Assembly (NCBI GenBank): GCA_963693365.1
Contig: CAVNZM010000013.1
Location: forward strand, 8,866,940-8,930,939
DNA: 64,000 nucleotides
Direction: 5' to 3'
Origin: Amoebidium appalachense
Lineage: Eukaryota; Protista; Ichthyosporea
The translations under genes were made by a program, and so were the position numbers. Position 1 is the stretch's first letter, and the number at the start of each line of letters is the position of its first letter. Below, piece after piece: positions 37,478 to 49,163 of the stretch. The notes beneath the pieces are model-generated. The model ran no database searches. It was not told the origin of the DNA and saw only the letters and a program-made list of their open reading frames with translations.

Positions 37478-38269
37478 AAACACACATACACACACACAAA
37501 GAGGCCACGTAAATCCATACCATCTGCACACATATTCTCAACCGATCTTGCTTGCATGAACTGACATCTTTTAAATTCCCCAGCGACAAAGAAGAAAGCA
37601 TCCAAGGCCGAAGTGGAGACTGTGGGGCCAAACTCGCCCCGACCGGGGGAGGAGAAGAAGGCTACCACGGTCAAGGCCATGCTGGCAGAGGTGTGTGTGT
37701 GTGATTGTGTGTGTGAGCACCTGTTTTTTTTTACTTTTTCTTTTTCTTTTTTTTTAGGGGGGAGAGGGGGGGGAGGGGGTTTGAGGGAGGGATGGGGGGG
37801 GGGGGACGGTTGTGGGTACAGGTTACGAGTTTGAAGAATGGTTGGGTGGGTGGGTCAGGGAATATGACACCGTGTGCTGGGTGAGAAACGTGGCAAGATG
37901 TGAAGCCAGGGTGGCTGGGAGAGACGGACATCCTGGGCCAATGAGTTTGGGCCTGTGTGTGTACAAGCCGACCCTGAAAGCCCTTGTGTGCACGTGCTGG
38001 CTGCAACTATTTTTGTTTAATGTTCCTCACATTCATCCCCCCAGGTTGATGTTGGTGCCGTGGCGGACACTGAGGGCAACCTCAGTGCACTGAAGGAGCT
38101 ACTGGAGACCACCTGCCAGAGGGCTGATGTGGGGGTGGCACGCATAGGCCTGGCTGCCACCACCACAGCACTGAGTATGCATGCAGCGCATACAGGCACA
38201 CACGTGCACACACACATATGTGCACACACAGTCATGCATGCATGCACACGCACATGCATGGATGCACAG

Positions 38270-38336
<67 letters not shown>

Positions 38337-38369
38337 CCTGCATGCATGCACACACACACATGCACGGGT

Positions 38370-38440
<71 letters not shown>

Positions 38441-41006
38441 ATACATACAAACACACCTACACATAACTGCCCATGCACAAGTGCTTACATCCCTTCTCCC
38501 CTCCCCCCCCCCCCCCCCCCCCCCCCAAGTATTGACTTAGGTAGCGACGGGGGAGCTTTTTAGAAGCCCCGTCTCCTGAGTCCTATCTATATTTTTCTTG
38601 CTTCTGCTTACTGCTGCAACTTTAACCCCCGGTCTTTCTCACTGCCCTTGCCTGCATAAGTAACCCTGCTCGTCTCTGATCGAGACGGGTGACCCACCCA
38701 TGTTCAAGTGAAACAGTAGGGTACCTTATCCATTAACCGTTTTCGCACCCGATCTATGCAATATCTCAGCTCCCAATAGAGATAAACGGGTACTTTCTTT
38801 TTGTCGGAGTAAGAATATAATGTAAATCTTCAGTTAATAAAAAAAAAATAGCGCTTCCGGTCTAATTTACTAGCAAAAACATGAAAAGCAAATGCTGTCA
38901 AGATCTTACCCATTAAACGAACACCTCGTTCTTTACAGCCATTGGTTGCATATCATATGTTTACCGTTGCCGGTTTGTGAATGATGGCTTTCACCTGGAC
39001 CAGCGGTCGACAGGATGTGATGTTGACAGAAGCTCATATTTATCACCTTCATCTAGGAAAAAAGTAGGCAATTAAACAAGTTATTACTTCAAATGTACTA
39101 AAAGGTTTCTGATGAAGTAGAACATCTTGGAAGACCTTTTCCATGTGCTCCACTCGGGCACGCATAAAATGTACACGAACGGAAATCCAAAATCTCGATG
39201 TCAACATTAGGGAACCAATTGAATTCAGTCTCCGTACTTACTTACGTCAGGACTGGATTTGACCAGAGCCAATGAAATCATCAGATCTGGTGTTCGGTTA
39301 ATATGTTCGGTTGCAACATGAATCCACCCTATCTGAGTTGGGTTTCGTTAACGAGGTGAATGGGTCGAAACTCGGGTACTGTGGATGACGTGGGCCCCCC
39401 CTGAGGATGGGCTCTGCTTATTATGCATACTCTTTATGTATGGTTTGCATTCTGCATCGTGTTATCCGTTGCTCTTGTGTACGTCGTACTTTATGACGCA
39501 TTCAAACCCCCCCCCCCCCCCCCCCCCGACTCGCAGAGAGATGCGTCTAGGCACATGCGCACAAGCACACACGTGCATACACGTATATGCTTCGCTGAAT
39601 ACTCCCCCCCCCCCCCTCCTTCTAAAACACACACGGCACATACATAGGCATACCCTGCATGAGCAGTCAGTGGCACACACACAAGCCCGCCCAGATGCAC
39701 ATATCACATGGCATGGGCACTCCCAACCCTCTAAATATGTAACCCCCCCCCCCCCCCCCCCCCTCCTCACCATGGGATGGGCTCTGCTTACTATGCATAC
39801 TCTTTATGTATGGCTTGCATTCTGCATCGTGTTATCCGTTTGTTCTTGTGTACTTCGTACTTTTTGACGCATTCAAACCCCCCTCCTCACCAACGCACAC
39901 ACACAACACATTTCCCGTGGTATCCCACAGCATGTGCCCACACATCTTCCATAGCACAAACACACACACACCCAGGGGCACTGTACCTGCCCTGTAGTCC
40001 CCCGCATGGTAGGGAGTAACTCTTTCTCCCCAGCACGTGTCTTCTACCAATCCATTCTATGCTGTTGCCCTGTTGCCCTTTCACATGCATAGTCGCATAT
40101 TCCATCCCCCCTGCCCCTCTTCTTCCAACCTTCTTACCCCCACCCACCACCCCCAGATGAGCCCCTCTCCGAGGCCCCAGCAGCCCTGCGCAAAGCCCTG
40201 GAGGCCACGGTTAAGGCTGCTGACTTTAACAGCGCCAAGGCTATATTTAGCACACTAGCAAAGGAGATTGCCGACGACTTTAAGAAGCCAGAGGCCCAGA
40301 AGGGCATGGGCCATGCTCGGCTCCTATTGGCTCAGATTGTGGCACGTGTGCACCCGGCGGTGGTGGTGGATGCTGCTGTGGTGGCTGAGAAGGTGGGGGG
40401 TGGGGGGAAAGGGAGGGGAGGATGCTTGGGAGAAGGGGTGGTGGTGGGCGGGTGTTGGTGTGGGTGTGTGTGTGTGTGGGGGGAGGGGGGGGGGGAGTGG
40501 GGCCTGGGGGGAATGGGTGGGCGGGCGTGGGTTTGGGTATGGGGGGGGGGGGGGGAGGGGGAGGGGGGGGAGGGGGTGACGGTGTGGGCGTGTGTCGGTT
40601 CGGGCTTGGGTGCAGTTGGTAGGGAGGATCGTGGAGGGTGGGTGTGTGCGAGTGTGGGCAGGCGTGGGTGTGGGTGCAGGTGTGAGTGCGGTTGAGGTTT
40701 TGTGGCTGGGAGGGATGGGCGGATATTGGTGGGTGGGCTGGCGGGTGTGAGTGGGGGATGGGGGGTGGGTGGGAGGGGGAAGGTGTGGTAGGTGTGGTGT
40801 GGGTGGGGGGGCATGGAAGTCGATGTGAAGGTGTGTGTGTGTGTGTGTGTGTGTGTGGAGGGGGGGGAGCGGCTGGGGGCGGAGGGGGCGGTTGTTTGGC
40901 GGCTGTGTGAATGTGTGTGGGTGGGTGGCTGGTTTTGTGGGGAGGGGCAGGGGGAGGCGGGTGGTGGGTATCGGTGGGTGGGTGGGTGTGGTTGGAAGGG
41001 GTGCCC

Positions 41007-41041
<35 letters not shown>

Positions 41042-41334
41042 TGGGTGGGTGTGAGTGATGGTGTGCTCGGGGGCAGTGTGAATGTGTGTGTGCGAAGGGG
41101 AAGAGGGTAGGAGGAGGGGAGGTGGGGGAAGGGGGGGGGGGGGGGGGGGGGGGAGGGGGTTGATGGGGTGGGGGAGTGGGTGTGGGTGGATGGGGCATAT
41201 CTGTGTGGGGTGGTGGTGGGTGTGGGGGGGGGGTTGGGGGGGGGGGGGGTCGATTGGGTAGGTGTGTGTGGGTGTGGTGGTAGGTGTGGGGATTCAGTGT
41301 GAGTGTGTGTGTGTGTTGGGGCCGGAGGTGGGGT

Positions 41335-41376
<42 letters not shown>

Positions 41377-41706
41377 GTGGTGGTGGTGTGGAGGGGGGGA
41401 GGGGGGGGGAGAGTGGTAGAACACACAACTGACTGCACGTGCATGCACACAGGCACATCAGGCTAGATAGAACACACACCTGACTGCACGTGCATGCACA
41501 CAGGCACATCAGGCTAGATAGAACACACATCTGACTGCACGTGCATGCACACAGGCACATCAGGCTAGATAGAACACACATCTGACTGCACGTGCATGCA
41601 CACAGACACATGGGGGCTACAAGAGCCAGCACACAGCCATCCCCGTCATGTGGCTGCTGGCACAGGCACGAGATACGGATATGGCCGTGACCATCGATGG
41701 TGTGTG

Positions 41707-41750
<44 letters not shown>

Positions 41751-41853
41751 ATATAGGCAGATTGCTGGTGTACTTATGCGTCTGTGTTGTGTATGCTTGG
41801 GGGTTTTGCGTTCGTGTGAGTGTGTATTAGGTATGGGGGTGGGGGGGAGGCTT

Positions 41854-41940
<87 letters not shown>

Positions 41941-43366
41941 ACGCGCGTGCGTGCGTGCGTGCGTGCGCGTGGGCCTGTGTGTGTCTGTGTGTATGTGCCT
42001 GTGCATGTCCATGTGTGTGTGCGCACTTAAAGGTTGGTTGGTTGGCAGCAGCTATTATACCCCCGATTCCTCAGTAGCTAACGCCCTCGATCCCCCCCCC
42101 CCCCCCCCCCCCCCTCCCCCAGCGTGGGCGCAGTATTATGTTGGGGCGCTGCTAGCCAAGGAGACGGGGGATGTGATGGTGCGGCAGTATGCGGCAAAGT
42201 ACACAGAGCTGCTGGCTGGCAGCAAGCTGCAGAAAAGGTGCGTGTGTGTGGTCTGTGCATGCGTGTGCACGTATGTGTGTGTGTGGTCTACTTGCTTGTG
42301 TACCCATACGTGTGTGTGTGTGTGTGGTCTACTTGCTTGTGTACCCACACGTGTGTGTGTGTGTGTGGTCTACTTGCTTGTGTACCCATACGTGTGTGTG
42401 TGTGTGGTCTACTTGCTTGTGTACCCATACGTGTGTGTGTGTGTGTGGTCTACGTGCTTGTGTGTACCCATACGTGTGTGTGTGGCCTGGGGGCCTGTGT
42501 GCATGTGTTTACCCGTATGTGTGCGTGTGGCTTGGGGGCTTGTATGTGCCAGTACGTGTGTGTGTGTGGTCTATGTGCATGCGTGTGCCCATACGTGTGT
42601 GTGTGGTCTGTGCATGCCGATGCCCCTCCGTGCCAGCCCACGTTGTGTCCTGTGTGCCTGTGTGTGTGTCCTATCACCTTCCCATGTCAGCTCTCACCAC
42701 CTGCTACCCAACACACAGGGAGTCCAAGGAGGGGGTCAGGATGGACCTCATCTCCCTATACCAGAAGGCCTATTCCACAGCAGACGACACGTATGCAATA
42801 ACCCCCTCTTCCCCCCCCCCCCTCCCCCCCCTCCCCTCACACACACACACACACACCTTCCTTGGGTTATCGTTTTGTGAGGTGCTAGGCATGCTACCCT
42901 CTTTTTTTCGTTGACGTTGCAGTTTGCTGTGTACCACATTCTAGCCCCACAACCGCTTGCAGACAGGCGCACACACTCTCACACATGTATTCGTCATAGC
43001 CGCCCACACACAAACAAATACGTAGTAAAGCACACATTTAGGCAAGTTGCACATGCAAAAGCAAAGCCATTCGTAGACATGTACACACTATGCACACCAA
43101 GCCACCATCAGCACATTCTACCCCTGCTTTCTTCCTTAAGCAGCGCACACGGACTTGTGCTGCCACGCATCCCCACCCTGCCCCTAACCCTCTCCCCCCT
43201 TGCAGGTATGCCGATGTGCTGATGACCCATTTGAACTTTGTCAAGGTACCCCCCCTAACCCCCCCCCCCCCCCCCCCCCTCCCCCCCCCAAAAAAATAGA
43301 CAAAAACAAAAATGTGCCAGTCCGGGGCTCGCCTGAGCCTGCACATTTTATGTGTGTTCTTTGGCA

Positions 43367-43397
<31 letters not shown>

Positions 43398-44598
43398 CCC
43401 CGCGGGTTTTCTAAACACGTGTGGCGAAAGCACGGCCTGTATGCTCTACTCACTGCTCACTATAGGCCATCTTCTGGCGTTTTCTGTGATACGGGCTACC
43501 TAGCAAGACAGCCCTATCTAGCCCATCGTGGGTTGGGCCCTGCACGGCCACCTACCTGTGTGGCTGCCCACTGACACGGTGCTCCCCAGGGTGTGTTCCT
43601 GCAGTATGCCCTCAGAGAGCAGGTGGTTGATGTGTTCCACAAGATCGTCGTGTTCTACGAGACACGGCCCAGGCAGGAACTGCAGCCCTATGCCGATGTG
43701 GTACGTCACAGCACACAGCACACACACGTGTAAATGCATGCACGTGCACACAGCACACACACGTGTAAATGCATGCCCGTGCACACAGCACACACACGTG
43801 TAAATGCATGCACGTGGGCGCAGTACACACACGTGTAAATGCATGCACGTGCACGCAGTACACACACGTGTAAATGCATGCACGTGGGCGCAGTACACAC
43901 ACGTGTAAATGCATGCACGTGCACACAGCACACACACGTGTAAATGCATGCACGTGGGCGCAGTACACACACGTGTAAATGCATGCACGTGGGCGCAGTA
44001 CACACACGTGTAAATGCATGCACGTGGGCGCAGTACACACACGTGTAAATGCATGCATTTGGGCGAAGTACACACACGTGTAAATGCATGCATTTGGGCG
44101 AAGTACACACACGTGTAAATGCATGCACCTGGGCGCAGTACACACACGTGTAAATGCATGCACCTGGGCGCAGTACACACACGTGTCCATGCACACAGCA
44201 CGCACACGTGTAAATGCATGCATGTGCACACAGACGTGGGTGCGATGCATGGCAGGGGCCCATGCATGCGTGTGCTCTGCGTTCTGCACATGTGCACAAC
44301 ACACTACACTATGCAAGACAGTGCATGCCGCTCGTGTCATGTTTTTTATCCTATTCTCAGCCTGTTTTGGCATATCATATTCGGTGTGCCGCTACCCTCC
44401 ACGGCCTCTGTCATCATGTGTCTTTCAACGCCTCAATCCTTCAGAATCCATGGGCCACCTTGGCCCTCCTGCTCCACCATCTCCTTTCCCAATCTTTCAA
44501 GCCCCCCCATCAATTTGTATAGTATTCTTATTGTGTGCTTCTCAAATTCTGCCTGGGTCGCCCGTCATAAGTGTGTGTGTAAGCCACACCGTACTCTG

Positions 44599-44643
<45 letters not shown>

Positions 44644-44941
44644 AAAAAAAAATAAAGAAATAAAAAATAAAAAATAAAACATGTTTCATATTCTTGCCGT
44701 GTGTGTCATCTTATACACTTGCCCGTGCTGACCACGTGTACAGGTGACGGAGCTAGCCGGGCAGCTGCTGACCCGGGATGGCTGGCTGCTGGCTGTGTGG
44801 CGGGAGGAGGCCCAATCAAAGGTGGCTGGGCCCACGGCGGTGGCAAAGGCTCTGGGCTATCTCAAGGGCTCACAGCACCTGCTAGAGGCATTGAGGGCAC
44901 GCGGATATGTGCAGACGGTAGGGGGAAATGTGTGTGTGTGT

Positions 44942-44975
<34 letters not shown>

Positions 44976-45438
44976 TGCACGTGAGTGTGTGGATGTGGAT
45001 GGGGGTGTGGATGCGTGTGTGGGAATGTGTGTTGAAGAGGATGCTAGTGAGAGGATGTGGCTGTATAATGTGGGAGGGGAGTGTGAGTGATTGTGTGTGT
45101 GGCTGTGTGTGTGTGTTGTGGTGGAGGCGGAGCCTGTCGTGCAAGTGTGTGAAGGGGGGTCTAAGATGGTTGGAAGCAGACAGAGTATGAGAGATGGGAG
45201 TGGACGTACATACGGGATGGAGAAGGGTGTGAGGGAAGAGTCTGGAGCCGAACAACAAGGAGAACAGATATAGGGGAGTGAGGGGGGTAGAGACAGCAGG
45301 CACGCTTTCCCTGTGTGTTTGTTTTCCACGTGCACACTCTGATTCCTTCAACCCCCCCAGCTGCACCGCAGTGAGCTGCAGCGCACAGTGGTCTCCCTAG
45401 CTGCTACGGGTGAGCAGCTGTTAGCCAAGATTGTAGGA

Positions 45439-45477
<39 letters not shown>

Positions 45478-45916
45478 AAAAAAAAAAAAAGGGGGAGGGG
45501 GGGGGGGGGGGAAAGCTTGGGCTGGTTAGAAAACGAAAGAAAGTGGCGCCTAAATGAGGTTAAATGGAAGTGGGTCTGGGCAAAAGCAAAGTAGGCCGAA
45601 GCATCCTCACATGCAAACGGAAGTGCATTTGAAGAACTCCTGCCGACACACTTAAGTGTTTCTGGTGTTTCGATCTCCCCGTCCAATCCCCCCTCCCCCT
45701 CAAACTCCCGCGTACCTCTATCCAAGCCCCTTGATTTTCTATCCTCCTACTCAAATGTTCGTTTATACTCCCCCCCCCCTCTCTCTCTGTATTGCCAAGT
45801 CAGCTATGCCCAACCTAACCACCCACTCACCATGTCACCGCAGGGCAAGCCATCGGAGAAGAAGGGCGACCTTGCATCCAAGGCTGCAAATGCCACCCAG
45901 TTCTTCCATGTGCGCA

Positions 45917-45951
<35 letters not shown>

Positions 45952-48168
45952 ACCACCACCACCACCACCACCACCACCACCATCACCCCCAGCAATGATG
46001 GTTGCTCCATGCTTCCTCGGCTTGTTTTTGCTTGCTGCAGCACACCATCCCACGCTCTTTTTGTGTTTTATCCTCTCTCGTTTATTGCCCATGTCAAAAG
46101 GTTGTAGGCATCACACCAGTACACCCTTTTAGGGCACAGGCAGTTTTTGCAATGCAACTTGGCACCCAGAACTGACGTCATTGCCCCCAGGACTTCAACC
46201 GGTCCCTGACCCCCTCCAAGTGGCCTGCCCGGCTGCGATGGCTGTTTGTGCTTGCGCTCATCTGTGCCCTCGTGCTCAAATCGAACAGCCACTGCACGGT
46301 GGGTGCATGCACGTGCATGGGGCATGCCTGCTATTGCATGCACGTGCATGGGGCATGCCTGCTAGTGCATGCACGTGCATGGGGCATGCCTGCTAGTGCA
46401 TGCACGTGCATGGGGCATGCCTGCTATTGCATACACGTGCATGGGGCATGCCTGCTATTGCATGCACGTGCATGACACAAGCAAACAACACGCGAGTGCT
46501 TGTGCATGGCACTGGTCATAGCAATGGTGCATGCACGTGCATACGGGTGCACGTATCCATGCATGCGCACATGTGTATTCTCAGAATGGCGGCTTGCACT
46601 GAGCCCTAAGTGGAGGGCATGGCATACCCAAAGCGCTTGAAGGACTCCGGGACAAGAGCAATTGCGTATGTTTGTATGGCGTGTCTGGGAGGGAGTCTGG
46701 AGGAGGGGGGGGGGGGGGGGGGTTGATTCTGGTGCAATGTGGGGTGAGCGGTGAGCAACAAGGAAGCCAGGGATGAGTCCTATGACCAATAATCTCACCG
46801 CTCGTTTCCCCCCAGGCCTACCCGTGTGGGCCTGCCCGTGCCTGTGGGCCCTACCACCCCTGCAGGGCACTGCGCCAGCCTGCCGTCAGCCCCTACCTGG
46901 ACTTGGTGCGTAGCCCCATGCTTGCTGGAGGGTCGGGTGTTGAGAGAGTCCGTGCACAGGCAGTTGAGCTCGTGCGTAGTGGCTTCAGTGTTCATGCACA
47001 CAGCCTAACTAGGTGCCTGCTAGGTCTGTGTTGTTGTGTTCAATGGCACACTCGTATCCTGGTGGATGGATGGGAGGTCTATTCCCTATACAACAACCAA
47101 TAACACTGTTTCACTGTGCAGGCTAGATAGATAGATGTGGGGCCCAATCCCTGTACCATACAACACTAACACACTGCCTCCCCATGCAGGCAGCTGCCCA
47201 GGCTGAAACACTGCGTGTGGCTGCTTTGGAAAAAGCTGAGCCCATCATACCATATGTGAACCAAGGTAACGACACGCATGTTGACACTACGCACACACCT
47301 TCACATGCGAACACGCACACACTAGAATGACTCGAACGCACAAGCACTTGCACTTGCACACAGACTGGAGACCCTGCACACACTCTGCATACTCAAGGAG
47401 AACACTGCATGCACGTCCACACATGTAGGCTTACCCAGCCATGCAGGGCCACCCCCCAATATGCTATGGTTGCTGCCCTGCCACGTGCCGCCAATCCTTG
47501 CACCCGGCCCCACGGCCCAGAATGCATGCTGGGCCGGTGTGGCTGTTACCATCCTGCTTGCTGGTCCATGGCCTGTGTTTGCCCAACCCCCCCCTGCGGC
47601 ATGCTGACACCACCCCCCAGCCCAGAACCTTCTGCAAGAGCACGTGGTGGTGCCGGCCAGCCCCCACGTGGCCAGGGCCTACGACACCACAAAGGCATTT
47701 GTCGAGGCCGAGGTCGTCCCGGCGGTAGGGCCCCTGCACGTGCACACACACCATGCAGCCTGGGCCGTGATGGTCCCACGCGTGGGTGGAGATAGCACTC
47801 CAACTACGGTCATGTTGCATTTGCACTTTGGCTGCTGGCACTGCGTGTCATACGCAATTACACGAGGACCAGTACGAGACTGGCCTCTTGTCTCTTCTCT
47901 TTTTAAGGGAATGATTAGATGATGGAATGGGCGACGAAGAAAGGAGGAGCCACAGCCAAGCACTTTTGATTGTGCAAGCAGATGGGTTCGATGGCAATGG
48001 CTTGTGCTGTGTGGTGGCCGTTGGATGTTTGGAACTACAGGGGGGGATAGGTGGGTACTGATGGTGTGTGGTGTGGCACAGGCAAGCAAGATGTGGGTTC
48101 AGGCCAAGCCACACGTGGATACGGCAGTGGCTTGGGCTGATGGTAAGCGCACGTGCACATGGACATGG

Positions 48169-48264
<96 letters not shown>

Positions 48265-48514
48265 CCTCCTCCCCCCCCCCCCCCCCCCCCCCCCTCCCCC
48301 GGCATGCTGCATGCCGTGCGTGTTTGTTCCTTACCCATCTGCCTGTGCAGTCTCCCTCTGCTTGATAACGTTCTAACGACCATGCCCCCTGCAGTGAATG
48401 TGCGGCCGCATGCCGAGGTGGCCTATGAGCATGCCAGCACCTATGCCCAGCAGGGTTGGGTCTGGGCAGATGCAAACGTGCTCCAGCCGGGTAGGTGCCA
48501 GCCGTTTCTTACCT

Positions 48515-48568
<54 letters not shown>

Positions 48569-49109
48569 ACCTTCTTCCTCCCCCGGATCTCCGGCACGCA
48601 ACACATATTTTCCCCCGACCTGTCATTTTCGCTCACTGAGTCGACATGTGGACAGACCTACCCATGTGAATACTGTAGTTCGCCATCACCAGCAGCGTCC
48701 TTGTTGCCTATCGTTCAGTCTTTGCCATGCAGCCCATGGGCCCATGCACCACCACCCCTCTTCGCCCACCCCCTCCACCGCAATCAGCTTATTGGGTTTT
48801 GACCTGCTCGTCCCTTGCCTGCATGCCAGAAGCTGCTTTCTGCAGTGCCTTCATCCCCCTCCCCCCCCCCCCCAACGAGGGGAATAGGTCGAAACTCGGG
48901 TACTGTGGATGACGTGGGCCCCCCCTGAGGATGGGCTCTGCTTATTATGCATCCTCTTTATGTATGGCTTGCATTCTGCATCGTGTTATCCGTTTGTTCT
49001 TGTGTACTTCGTACTTTTTGACGCATTCAAAAACCCCCCCCCCCCTCCCCCTCCCCTCTCCTCCCCCCCCCCTCCCCCCTCTCCCCCCCCCCCCCCCCCC
49101 CGGAGCATT

Positions 49110-49163
<54 letters not shown>

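Larger units (their letters stand above)
38527..39506 (+). mobile_element. Subfamily A repeat copy inside a poly-C tract, interrupted by a nested DNA element
   Basis: Poly-C on both flanks. Colinear with 36533-36897 except for the 38719-39329 insertion. Confidence 0.85.

Noticed and set aside
43718-44222. 35-bp repeats resembling a CRISPR array
   Set aside because: Units are contiguous with no unique spacers and lie in a spliceosomal intron; this is a minisatellite.
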